Shown here one piece after another: positions 33,456 through 42,960 of a stretch of DNA of 64,000 nt (within the stretch, counting starts at the first letter, position 1; every line of letters starts with the position of its first letter). The position numbers were made by a program, and so were the translations under genes. The DNA comes from Desulfobacterales bacterium. GTDB lineage: Bacteria > Desulfobacterota > Desulfobacteria > Desulfobacterales > UBA5616. The stretch is taken from positions 32,001 to 96,000 of the forward strand of contig JAWODC010000070.1 in NCBI GenBank assembly GCA_046483495.1, read 5' to 3'. The notes below the pieces were generated by a model that had not been told where the DNA came from, searched no databases, and saw only the letters and a program-made list of their open reading frames with translations.

Positions 33456-34895
33456 ATGAAAATGCCCAAAATCGGTATGACGGAAAAGGAGCTGTTCGAA
33501 AGACTGGATGCATTCCAGGCGGATGACATCAACTGGCGTTCCGGAAGAGTATTCGGTTATGTTTTCGATCCCGGTAAGCCGGCAATGGAAATCGGAAAGA
33601 AGGTGTATTCCCGGTTTCTCACCGAGAATGCGCTGGATTTTTCGGTATTCCCGAGTCTTTTTCGATTCGAAACGGAGTTGGTGTCCCTCTTGTCCACGCA
33701 TTTGAACGGTGATGAAAATGTGGTTGGAAATTTTACCAGTGGCGGTACGGAAAGCATCATGTTGGCCGTAAAGGCCGCACGGGATCATTTCAGGGAGAAA
33801 AACCCGGACGTTAAAACGCCGGAAATGATTCTGCCCATTACGGCGCATGCCGCTTTCCACAAAGCCGCTCATTACCTGGATGTCAAGGTGGTGCCCTCGG
33901 CCGTCGATGATGCCTTCAAAGCCGATGTTGCGGCTGTAAAAAGGGCGATTACGCCGAATACGGCCTTGATCGTGGGATCGGCGCCCTCCTACGCCCACGG
34001 GGTGGTCGACCCGATTCCGGAGATGGCCGAGGAAGCCCGGGAGAAAAATATCCTGTTTCATGTGGATGCCTGCGTGGGCGGATTCATGCTGCCGTATTTC
34101 AAACGGCTGGGGGAAGCCATACCGGACTTTGATTTCAGCGTCCCGGGGGTGACTTCCATTTCGGTGGACCTGCATAAATACGCCTACACCCCAAAGGGTG
34201 CTTCCCTGGTGCTGTACAGGGACAAAAGCATTCGCAAGCATCAGATTTTTGCCTGCTCCCACTGGACCGGCTATACGATCATCAATAATGCCGTTCAAAG
34301 TTCCCGGTCCGGCGGCCCCATGGCTGCGGCCTGGGCCGTTCTGCACTATATCGGCGATGATGGATACCTGGAGATCGCCAGGAAAAAAATCGAGGCGACA
34401 AAAAAGATAATCGCCGGCATTGAAAAGCACCCGGATTTGCGGCTGATGACATGGCCGGACATCTGCATGATTTCCTTTACCTCCGATACGGTGAACATCT
34501 TTCACATCATCGACGAGATGAATGAAATGGGCTGGTATATCCAGCCGGCGCTGACATTTGGAAACTCAAAAGAAAATATTCACCTGTCCATCAATTTATC
34601 CAATGTCGGCTGGGAAGAAGCGCTTCTTCAGGACCTCTACCGGTGTGTTGAAAAGGCAAAGACCATGCCGTCGGGGGCGTTGGCCGGACTGGTGAAGGAA
34701 GAAATCGGAAACCTCGAACCGGATGCCCTCGACGATGCGGCCGTGTCCCAGCTCCTCGAAGCAGCGGGTGTTTCAGAAGCAAGCCTTCCGGGCCGCATGG
34801 CGGATATCAATGAGGTTCTCAATGCTCTCCCGTCTCCGCTTCGTGAAAAACTTCTCATTGGTTATATCAATGATCTTTTTACGATAAAAGGATAG
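33456..34895 (+). CDS. Group II PLP-dependent decarboxylase/sphingosine-1-phosphate-lyase-like enzyme
   Basis: TSGGTESI, HAAFHKAA, HVDACVGG, SISVDLHKY (PLP Lys) and SRSGG. Confidence 0.88.
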   Translation: MKMPKIGMTEKELFERLDAFQADDINWRSGRVFGYVFDPGKPAMEIGKKVYSRFLTENALDFSVFPSLFRFETELVSLLSTHLNGDENVVGNFTSGGTESIMLAVKAARDHFREKNPDVKTPEMILPITAHAAFHKAAHYLDVKVVPSAVDDAFKADVAAVKRAITPNTALIVGSAPSYAHGVVDPIPEMAEEAREKNILFHVDACVGGFMLPYFKRLGEAIPDFDFSVPGVTSISVDLHKYAYTPKGASLVLYRDKSIRKHQIFACSHWTGYTIINNAVQSSRSGGPMAAAWAVLHYIGDDGYLEIARKKIEATKKIIAGIEKHPDLRLMTWPDICMISFTSDTVNIFHIIDEMNEMGWYIQPALTFGNSKENIHLSINLSNVGWEEALLQDLYRCVEKAKTMPSGALAGLVKEEIGNLEPDALDDAAVSQLLEAAGVSEASLPGRMADINEVLNALPSPLREKLLIGYINDLFTIKG

Positions 34896-34956
34896 CAATC
34901 GATAGTCCGGTGTTCATCCAGGCGTGTGGTCGATATCGACTTCATTTTCCCTTATC

Positions 34957-34973
34957 ATGCAAACGGTTTGCAT
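34957..34973. promoter_or_regulatory. Candidate Zur operator
   Basis: Perfect 8-1-8 palindrome ATGCAAAC-G-GTTTGCAT upstream of the znuACB-Fur-family operon. Confidence 0.65.
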
Positions 34974-35154
34974 TTCATGTTTACATGCATATAAAGGTTG
35001 TGATAGCTTAATCCTGTCCGTCCAGGAATGGCTCATTCCCTTCACGAATTTTCTCCTTTCCGGATGGGCCATAAATCGGGTCGTTTCGAAAAACCACAGG
35101 CGCCTTTCCATTCGCCTGTTTGCATGGAAATTCCCGGAAAAAGGAATTCGGCTG

Positions 35155-36075
35155 ATGCAGCAAAAACGTCTTTTGGGACGATTGATTCTTTTATTCGGCC
35201 TTGCAGCCGGCCTATCCGCTTCATCAGCGTACGGTGCCGACGCCGTTCCGGTATTTGTCAGTATTTTGCCGCAGAAATATTTTGTTGAGCGGATCGGCGG
35301 TGACCGGGTTGATGTTTCTGTTATGGTTCAACCGGGTGCGAACCCCGCCGTCTATGAACCCAAACCCATGCAAATGGCCAAATTGGCTAACGCCCGCATT
35401 TACTTTGCCGTAGGCGTTCCCTTTGAATCCGCCTGGCTTGAAAAGTTTGCATCTGTCGGCTCGCGCTTAACAATTGTTCAAACACAAGCCGGCATTAAGA
35501 AAAGACCTATGCCCGCCATGCATTTACACGGGAATGGGCGTTTACATGAACCGCTGCCGCACAGCAGGCGTTCAGACCCCCATGTATGGACCTCTCCACC
35601 GCTGGTAAAAATTCTGGCGGACAATATCCATGGCGGGTTGTCGTCGGTCGATCCGGAAAACGCATCCCTTTATGAGGCCAATTACCGGCGCTTCATAGAG
35701 GAAATCAACGAACTCGACCTTCGAATTCGGCGAATCCTGTCGAAGATCGATCCGCCCCGGTCCTTCATGGTGTATCACCCCTCGTGGGGGTATTTTGCCG
35801 ACACCTATCATTTAAAGCAGATACCTGTTGAACTGGAAGGAAAAGCGCCCAAGCCGGCCCAACTGCGCCGGCTGATCGAACGGGCCGAAGCCGAGGGAAT
35901 CAAGGTGATATTCGCTCAACCCCAATTTTCGACGAAAAGCGCCGAAGCCGTTGCCGGGGCAATCGGCGGGCGGGTGGTATACGCCGATCCTTTGGCCTAT
36001 GATTGGCCGGGGAACCTGCTGCGCCAGGCGGAGCAGTTCAAGGCGGCCGTTCTCGAGGCGAAAAAGAAAAAATAA
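35155..36075 (+). CDS. znuA: Zinc ABC transporter substrate-binding protein
   Basis: Signal peptide, VSILPQ, YEPKP, His-containing loop, DPHVWTSP and HPSWGYFA. Confidence 0.88.
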   Translation: MQQKRLLGRLILLFGLAAGLSASSAYGADAVPVFVSILPQKYFVERIGGDRVDVSVMVQPGANPAVYEPKPMQMAKLANARIYFAVGVPFESAWLEKFASVGSRLTIVQTQAGIKKRPMPAMHLHGNGRLHEPLPHSRRSDPHVWTSPPLVKILADNIHGGLSSVDPENASLYEANYRRFIEEINELDLRIRRILSKIDPPRSFMVYHPSWGYFADTYHLKQIPVELEGKAPKPAQLRRLIERAEAEGIKVIFAQPQFSTKSAEAVAGAIGGRVVYADPLAYDWPGNLLRQAEQFKAAVLEAKKKK

Positions 36076-36078
36076 CCG

Positions 36079-36221
36079 GTGTCCATCCGGAAATGAGAAA
36101 ATTTGCTCTAGTTCAAGGCGGACGGGAAATTTTAACTGCAGGAATACGTTACGTATTTTGAGGATTAAAATTTTCCGGCCAACGAAGAAATGGCGCGAAT
36201 CAGCCGTTTCCGGATGGGCAT
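36079..36221 (+). mobile_element. MITE-like repeat, family 1, copy C (between znuA and znuC)
   Basis: TIRs gtgtccatccggaaa ... tttccggatgggcat, an internal hairpin and colinear similarity to copy B. Confidence 0.75.
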
Positions 36222-36241
36222 TAACACCATGTGGCGGAATT

Positions 36242-37006
36242 ATGAAAGCGCCGATCATCGAAATAAAAGATCTCTTTTACAGGCATAACGGGCATCCGGT
36301 ATTGAACAGCGTATCATTCTCCGTGAAAGAAGGGGATTTCCTGGCCCTCATCGGCCCGAACGGCGGGGGGAAGACAACGCTTATCAAGCTCATGGTGGGT
36401 CTGCTGCCACCGAACCGTGGTCGCATATGTATAATGGGCAAGCCGCCGGGTTCGGTTTCGCGTCGGATTGGGTATGTCCCCCAGGATGTGAATATTAATA
36501 CAAATTTTCCGATATCCGTTGCGGATGTGGTCAGGATGGGGCGGCTCAATGCTAAAAAACGGGGCTATATCCGAAGCAGTCGACATGATGCCGATATCAT
36601 TCAAAAAGCCTTGCAGGAACTGGATATGTGGGACTGTAAAAGCCGACGCATCGGTGAACTGTCCGGGGGGCAGCGGCAGCGGGTCTTGATCGCAAGGGCT
36701 TTGGCGGCGGAACCGGAAATACTTTTTCTGGACGAGCCTACCTCCGGTGTGGATGCTCAGGGGCAGGTGTCGCTCTACGACCGGCTGAAAGAATTGAACA
36801 AAACCGTCACCATTGTCATGGCAACCCACGACACAATGGTTATTTCCAGCTATATAAAATCCGTGGCCTGTGTAAACCGCGATGTCTATTATCATGATGG
36901 CGGCGAGATTACGGATCAGATGATGGATATGTATACCTGTCCAGTGGAAGTGTTGGCCCATGGACTTCCCCATCGCGTGCTTCGGACCCACAAAGGTGAT
37001 GGATAA
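36242..37006 (+). CDS. znuC: Zinc ABC transporter ATP-binding protein
   Basis: GPNGGGKTT, GYVPQ, LSGGQRQR and LDEPT. Confidence 0.9.
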   Translation: MKAPIIEIKDLFYRHNGHPVLNSVSFSVKEGDFLALIGPNGGGKTTLIKLMVGLLPPNRGRICIMGKPPGSVSRRIGYVPQDVNINTNFPISVADVVRMGRLNAKKRGYIRSSRHDADIIQKALQELDMWDCKSRRIGELSGGQRQRVLIARALAAEPEILFLDEPTSGVDAQGQVSLYDRLKELNKTVTIVMATHDTMVISSYIKSVACVNRDVYYHDGGEITDQMMDMYTCPVEVLAHGLPHRVLRTHKGDG

Positions 37007-37830
37007 TGTCGGAACTTCTTGGATACGAGTTTATGCGGCACGCTGTTTTGGCCGGTGTGATTGCCGGAATGATCTGTGGTGTGATCGGCACGCTGGTGGT
37101 GGTCAATCGCATCGTATTTCTGTCCGGCGGAATTGCCCATGCCGCTTACGGCGGCATCGGATTGTCCTATTTTATGGGGTGGCCCTATCTCCTTGGCACC
37201 GTGGGATTTTCCATGCTTGCCGCCATGGTCATGGCGGCCGTGACGCTGAATGCGAAACATCGGGCGGATACGGTTATCGGGGTTATCTGGGCCGTCGGGA
37301 TGGCTTTGGGCGTTATTTTTATCGACCTCACCCCTGGATACACCGCCGATTTGATGAGCTACCTCTTCGGCAGCATCCTCGCCGTTTCAAAAGCGGACAT
37401 TTTTTACATGGGCGGACTTTTCCTTTTCATCTGTATTGTGGTTTGGTATTTTTACGAGGAGTTTCTGGCCATGTCCTATGATCCGGAATTTGCAAGGGTT
37501 AGAGGTGTCCCTGTGCAAATGCTTTATTTTCTGCTCATTGGCATGGTCGCTCTTGCCGTGGTGATGGTCATACGGGTGGTGGGGCTTATTCTCGTGATCG
37601 CATTGTTGACGATCCCGCCGTACATCGCCGAGCAGTACGCAACCTCGGTAGGCCGGATGATAATAATTTCAACCGTATTAGGCCTGATTTTTACCCTGGG
37701 AGGGCTTAGTCTGTCATATGCCTTTAATTTAACATCCGGGGCCGTTATTATCCTGGTCGCCGGTTCCGGGTTTTTTGCCTGTGTCCTGCTGAAATGGATT
37801 TTCCAACGATTTTCTCATCGAGGTGATTAA
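37006..37830 (+). CDS. znuB: Zinc ABC transporter permease
   Basis: GIAHAAYGG, YLFGSIL and VVGLILVIALLTIP; multiple TM helices. Confidence 0.9.
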   Translation: MSELLGYEFMRHAVLAGVIAGMICGVIGTLVVVNRIVFLSGGIAHAAYGGIGLSYFMGWPYLLGTVGFSMLAAMVMAAVTLNAKHRADTVIGVIWAVGMALGVIFIDLTPGYTADLMSYLFGSILAVSKADIFYMGGLFLFICIVVWYFYEEFLAMSYDPEFARVRGVPVQMLYFLLIGMVALAVVMVIRVVGLILVIALLTIPPYIAEQYATSVGRMIIISTVLGLIFTLGGLSLSYAFNLTSGAVIILVAGSGFFACVLLKWIFQRFSHRGD

Positions 37831-38287
37831 AAACATGTGCCGCCGTTGTGATTATACGGGCATGCTCGTAAATGCAGGGCTGACGCCGCTTCCCAATCGT
37901 TTGAAGATCCTGGAAGTGATCGGCGACAGCTCGAGTCCGTTGAGCGCCGGAGAAATTCATGGTATTTTAAAACGACGCAACCGCATCAATTCGGTGACGG
38001 TATATCGCATCCTGGGCCTGCTGGTGAAAAACAGGTTGGTGGAGAAAATTATTTCAGGGGATCAGTCCCGGCGGTACGGTCCGGCTCCAAATCACTATCA
38101 TAGACCCCACGCTCATTTTTTCTGTCGATCCTGCAAAAGCCTAAAGTGTCTGCATCCGGAAAGCCTGCTGTTGGACATTGAATCCCTGAGGAAAACATTT
38201 CCAGGCGTTATTGAACACACACAGATCCGTATCGACGGAATCTGTGAAAAATGCCTTAAAAAAGCACATTCAAATACAGCGGCATAA
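37823..38287 (+). CDS. zur: Fur-family regulator, probably Zur
   Basis: TVYRIL, HAHFFCRSC and CEKC; last gene of the znu operon. Confidence 0.75.
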   Translation: MIKNMCRRCDYTGMLVNAGLTPLPNRLKILEVIGDSSSPLSAGEIHGILKRRNRINSVTVYRILGLLVKNRLVEKIISGDQSRRYGPAPNHYHRPHAHFFCRSCKSLKCLHPESLLLDIESLRKTFPGVIEHTQIRIDGICEKCLKKAHSNTAA

Positions 38288-38353
38288 ACCCTTTCTGCCG
38301 TTTCCGATGACTTACAAATGACTGGAACTCCTTTTAAGCAAGGATACTATCGT

Positions 38354-40138
38354 ATGCAAATCCAGACCCCTTTAAACAAGCTCATGACCCGTCCCTGGTT
38401 CAAACATTATCCCAAGGCCGTTCGTGATGCCATACCCACATATAATCTCCCGAAGGTGCCCTTATATCGGTTTCTGGAATCTGCATCCGAATATTTCCCC
38501 GACACTTGCGCCGTTGTATACGAACCGGAAAATGTCATCATCAGCTACCGGGATTTGATGGTGCTCAGTCAACGATTCGCCTCAGGCCTTGTTCATATCT
38601 GCAGGGTGAAAAAAGGGGACAGCGTGGCGATTTGTGCACGCAACTACCCGGAATTTATCATTGCCTTCTATGGCATCTTATTGGCTGGGGCACGATACGT
38701 AGCCTGCAATCCGCTTCTTGTCGAAGAGGAAACGGCGTATCAGCTGCAGGATGCCGATTGCCGTGTCGTGGTGATCTCAGAGGACAAGATACCCGAGATG
38801 GTGAAGATTCACGATGCCTATCCGGCTGTTTGCCGCCGCATTATTGTCTTTGATCGGGACAGGGAGCTTAAACCCGGTATACTGCAGGACGCCCTGCCCC
38901 GGCTCGACCCGCCCTTTTATCGGTTTGTGAATGTCCTGCTGGATAAGCCGTTTGAACGGCCGCATATCGATCCTGCAATGGATACGGCTGCTGTGATGTA
39001 CACCTCCGGTACGACCGGCGAGGCAAAAGGCGTTATGATTTCCCATTTCAATGCCGTATCAAGCAGCATTTGCTATTATACCACTTACACGGAATGTTTT
39101 CCGGAAATGGATGCAAACGGTTTTTTAAAATGCGAAAATTTTCAACGGGATTTGTCCGGCAAATGGGAATTTCCCATGCGGTACGGAGTGGATTCGACGC
39201 TTGCGGTGTCGCCGTGGACGCACATGATGGGGTTCATCCCTTATCTTAACTGCTCGGTAATGGCTGGAATCACCGTCTTTCCAATGCCTGTATTCGATAT
39301 GGAAAAAGCATTGAACCTGATCCGGCGGTGGAAGATTTCATTTGCCGGGGGCGCGCCGCAGATGATGGCCATGCTGCTGGCCCGCCCCGACACGGAACAG
39401 ATCGACCTTTCATCCATTCGGGTGTGGGCCACGGGTTCCGCACCGTGTCCTGTGGCTGTCGGCCGAAAATTCGAGAAGAGAATCGGGGGTGTCGTATCAG
39501 AGGGATATTCACTTACCGAGGCAACGGTCAGTTCAACGAAAAATTACGCCGGCCGTTCCTGTAAGCGAAAATGGGGGTCGGTGGGTATTCCGCTGCCATT
39601 CACGGATATCAAAATCGTGGATCTCGATACCGGTTCGACGCTGATGCCCGTGGGAGAAGAAGGACAACTGATACAAAAAGGACCTCAAGTGGCTGTCGGT
39701 TATCTAAACAAGCCGGAAGAAACCGCCGAGGTCTTCAAGGACGGCTGGTTGTATACCGGTGATGTCGCGAAAATGGATGAGGACGGATATGTCTATATCA
39801 CCGGCCGGCTTAAAGAGATCATTATTTACAAGGGGTACAACATCGCACCGCGGATGCTCGAAGAGATTCTCTATCAGCATCCGGGCGTTTTGCAATGTGC
39901 CGTTGTCGGGAAAAAGGACGATTTGGCCGGTGAAATTCCTGTTGCCTTTGTAAGCCTCAAAGAGGGGGACGAGACCTCAGCCGGCGAACTGACGAATTTT
40001 GTCAATGAGCGGGTTGCAGGGTACAAAAAAATACGCGAAATGCATATTGTCGATTCGCTGCCGATGACGGGATTTGGAAAAATTCTTCATCAAAACTTGA
40101 AGCGGCAATTGGAACAAAACGCCCGGTACGGTGAGTAA
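38354..40138 (+). CDS. Long-chain acyl-CoA ligase (AMP-binding)
   Basis: YTSGTTGEAKG, EGYSLTE, GWLYTGD, GRLKE and C-terminal GKI. Confidence 0.9.
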   Translation: MQIQTPLNKLMTRPWFKHYPKAVRDAIPTYNLPKVPLYRFLESASEYFPDTCAVVYEPENVIISYRDLMVLSQRFASGLVHICRVKKGDSVAICARNYPEFIIAFYGILLAGARYVACNPLLVEEETAYQLQDADCRVVVISEDKIPEMVKIHDAYPAVCRRIIVFDRDRELKPGILQDALPRLDPPFYRFVNVLLDKPFERPHIDPAMDTAAVMYTSGTTGEAKGVMISHFNAVSSSICYYTTYTECFPEMDANGFLKCENFQRDLSGKWEFPMRYGVDSTLAVSPWTHMMGFIPYLNCSVMAGITVFPMPVFDMEKALNLIRRWKISFAGGAPQMMAMLLARPDTEQIDLSSIRVWATGSAPCPVAVGRKFEKRIGGVVSEGYSLTEATVSSTKNYAGRSCKRKWGSVGIPLPFTDIKIVDLDTGSTLMPVGEEGQLIQKGPQVAVGYLNKPEETAEVFKDGWLYTGDVAKMDEDGYVYITGRLKEIIIYKGYNIAPRMLEEILYQHPGVLQCAVVGKKDDLAGEIPVAFVSLKEGDETSAGELTNFVNERVAGYKKIREMHIVDSLPMTGFGKILHQNLKRQLEQNARYGE

Positions 40139-40331
40139 AAAAGACGATTGGTTCGACGATTATCGTAAAATCCATGTCTAACGGCATTGATGAAAGACCG
40201 GTGAACCGGTTCCAATCCCATCTGTTTGTGTAAGAATCGAGGAAACGATGACATTTTCTACGCTATCCCTTCCCCAAAAGGCGGTGGACGATTAAAGTAG
40301 CGAAATCCGAACCGTATTCGTGGAGGCAGGT

Positions 40332-40693
40332 ATGGGCAGGAAATTGACACAGGAGCAAATTGCAAAGGCATTGGGGATATTGGGCAAGATCGATTCCCGC
40401 CGATTCTTCTGGAAAGCCTCGGGCTATATCGAAAAGGATCTTGATCGTCCCGTAATCGCAATCGCCAATTCGGCTCAAGATGCGGGTGTCGGGCACATGC
40501 ATCTTCGAGAACTGGCGCGCCATGTAAAAGAAAGCGTTTACGCCTCGGGCGGCATCTTTCCGAGGATGAGGTCGAAGCGCGTCTGAAACATTTCAAGCCT
40601 CCCGAACCCCGGATCAAAACAGGTGTTCTTGTCGACTGGCGGCTCACCGCTACCCAATTTCATGAAGGCGCCATGCTGAAAAGGAAGCTCTAG
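40332..40693 (+). pseudogene. Dihydroxy-acid dehydratase (IlvD/Edd family) remnant with large internal deletion
   Basis: N-terminal IlvD motif RPVIAIANS...GHMHLRELARHVKESVYASGG is joined out of frame near 40555 to an IlvD-like C-terminus, LSEDEVEARLKHFKPPEPRIKTGVL...EGAML*. Confidence 0.8.
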
Positions 40694-40743
40694 TGATCGG
40701 TTAACGACAGGTGTAAAAAGGCTGCCGGCGGCCTTTCGGGGGA

Positions 40744-41589
40744 TTATTCGGCCGGCAGTCGATCCAGAAACGATTTGACGGCATGCGGGTATCCCGGTGT
40801 AAGGCTCGAATCGCTGTGGTCCGCACCTTCGGCGATGTAAATGGATACATTTTCATGGGGAAAGCTGCGCTTCAACTCGCGGGCAAAACGGAGCGGAAAG
40901 CGCTTGTCCTGTTCACCGTGAATGATCATGACGGGCGCACGAATGTGCTTTGCCAGCCGCACCGGGCTATACCGGTCAAGCGCTCCCCGGTAAAAGAGGT
41001 TCATCCAGGAGAGAATCATCCGTGCAAAGAAAAAGCCGAAAACCGGGTTGAACCAGCGGTAGAGGCTCAGTAATCCCTCTTTGGCATCGGCATACGATGC
41101 CTCCAAGAACAGCATGCGGATCATGGCCGGATTTCGGGCGGCTGCTAAAATCGCCCCTGCGGAACCGGCGGAATGTCCGTAGAGAATGACCGGTTCGGCC
41201 ACCCATTCCAGGACGGACTCGATATCTTCGGCAAACCTGACGGCGTTCATGAGTTTTTTGGGGCTGGAGTTGCCGTGGTCCCTTGCACTGTGTAAAACAG
41301 TCGTGAACCCCCATTGGGCAAACATTCGGGCCCGACCGACCATTCTGTCGCGGTTTCGGCCCCAACCATGGGCGAACACGACGATTCCTCTGGAGTCACC
41401 CTCCGGTTCGATGCGCCATACCTCCAGTTTTCCGCCGTCTTGCGCCGGAATGGCGATGTCGATGACGGTACCCCAGTCCGGCGATTCTTTCACCGGATTC
41501 CGGGGAAAACGGTGTACCATGTAGGCGAGAAACAGGGTGAACATCAGGTAAAAAAGCGCCACTCCGGCCACGATGTACATGATCAGCAT
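40744..41589 (-). CDS. Membrane-anchored alpha/beta hydrolase
   Basis: N-terminal TM segment, HGWG, GHSAG nucleophile, HGEQD and GADH. Confidence 0.85.
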   Translation of the reverse strand: MLIMYIVAGVALFYLMFTLFLAYMVHRFPRNPVKESPDWGTVIDIAIPAQDGGKLEVWRIEPEGDSRGIVVFAHGWGRNRDRMVGRARMFAQWGFTTVLHSARDHGNSSPKKLMNAVRFAEDIESVLEWVAEPVILYGHSAGSAGAILAAARNPAMIRMLFLEASYADAKEGLLSLYRWFNPVFGFFFARMILSWMNLFYRGALDRYSPVRLAKHIRAPVMIIHGEQDKRFPLRFARELKRSFPHENVSIYIAEGADHSDSSLTPGYPHAVKSFLDRLPAE

Positions 41590-41686
41590 GAGCGGTGTAT
41601 CCTTTTAGGGGCCACGTTTTTTAAAGAACCTGTATGATTGATGTGTTTTTCCGATTCATTTGCGATGGTTGGGGCTAAATGAAAAG

Positions 41687-42958
41687 CTAAGCCTGCTTAT
41701 GCGGTGCTTCCGTTATCCATCGGCGGATCAGGGAGGCAACTTCCTCACCGGCATCTTCCTGAATGAAGTGTCCGGCATTTTCTATCGTTTCCGCTGCAGC
41801 ATGCCTAAAGACCGCACGCAATTTCGGTTCCCATTGGCGGGTGACGGTGTCTTTTTCGCCCCATGCCAGGAGAACGGGCAGATCCAGTTTTTCAAGGATC
41901 GTTTTGGCGCACCGATTTTCAAAGGCACCGGGATGGTCCGGCCGAACGGGGACCAAACGGGGAAATATCAGCGCCGCAGTCTGGTGTTTCTTTGTCGGAA
42001 ACGGCGAAGCATAGGCGTTTGCTTCCGGGTCGGTCAGCCCTGTTGTAACTGTTGATGACATCAGTCGGGAAATGTCGAGCTCCTTCGATGTCTGGGAAAA
42101 TTTGCGCCAGGCCATAAACGCGCCGCCAGCCGGTTCACCTGTAGGGAGGCCGGTGTTCATGGCGACCAGGCGGGAAAACCTGTCCGGCATTTCCGAAAGA
42201 ACACGCATTCCGATCAGTCCGCCCCAGTCCTGGCAAACCAGGGTGATCCGTTCCAAGGCCAGACTGCGGATAAAGGTGCGCATCCATCGCACAAAGGATT
42301 TGTACGTGTATGCCTGGGGCAGCGTCGGTTTGTCGGAGCGGCCGAACCCGATTTGATCGGGCACAATCACCCTTCCGACCTCGGAAAGAGCGGGAATCAT
42401 CTTTCGATATAAAAAACCCCATGTGGGTTCGCCATGCAGGCAAAGAACGGGATCGCCCTGACCGGACTCGACGTAGGCCATTTTCAAGTCTTCGATGTCG
42501 ACATATTTAGGCTCGTATGGGAAATCAGGCAAATGGCTGAATCGGGAATCGGGTGTTCTCGCCACGGCCCCTTCAGGCCACGTAAACGCCGGAGGATTGT
42601 TCCCGGCCAATGCCAGTTTTTCCACAGTTTTCGGATCGAGATCCGGTGTTATTTCCGCAACCCACTTGGAAAAATCGAGCAAATCCAGGTTGATTTCATG
42701 CTCCGGAGGTCTGGGCTCGTACCGGTCCCAATGACCGTAAACAATTGCCGTTGAAGGCCGGCCTTTACCGAAATCACCCAGTTCAAGGGCATAGAGGTGA
42801 TCATGGCCGGAGCGCCAGTATACTTTTCCGGAGCGGATTCCCACCGCCCGCTCGACGGCTTCGGCGGTTTTTGGGCGAACATCCAGTTCCTGCTCCCACA
42901 GTACCGGATCAGGACGAAGATTTGCAAGCTCTTCCGAAGAGACGGTGATAAAATCCAT
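41687..42958 (-). CDS. Haloalkane dehalogenase (HLD-I-like) with ~130-aa N-terminal extension
   Basis: RTPDSRFSHLPDF, HGEPTWGFLYRKM, GFGRSDKP, QDWGG (Asp nucleophile) and AGHFIQED. Confidence 0.85.
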   Translation of the reverse strand: MDFITVSSEELANLRPDPVLWEQELDVRPKTAEAVERAVGIRSGKVYWRSGHDHLYALELGDFGKGRPSTAIVYGHWDRYEPRPPEHEINLDLLDFSKWVAEITPDLDPKTVEKLALAGNNPPAFTWPEGAVARTPDSRFSHLPDFPYEPKYVDIEDLKMAYVESGQGDPVLCLHGEPTWGFLYRKMIPALSEVGRVIVPDQIGFGRSDKPTLPQAYTYKSFVRWMRTFIRSLALERITLVCQDWGGLIGMRVLSEMPDRFSRLVAMNTGLPTGEPAGGAFMAWRKFSQTSKELDISRLMSSTVTTGLTDPEANAYASPFPTKKHQTAALIFPRLVPVRPDHPGAFENRCAKTILEKLDLPVLLAWGEKDTVTRQWEPKLRAVFRHAAAETIENAGHFIQEDAGEEVASLIRRWITEAPHKQA

Positions 42959-42960
42959 AC

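Noticed and set aside
29270..40250. Shared 12-mer atcgaggaaacg upstream of the amidohydrolase (~29270) and the ilvD remnant (~40236)
   Set aside because: Only two copies, non-palindromic and at different distances from the starts; could be chance.
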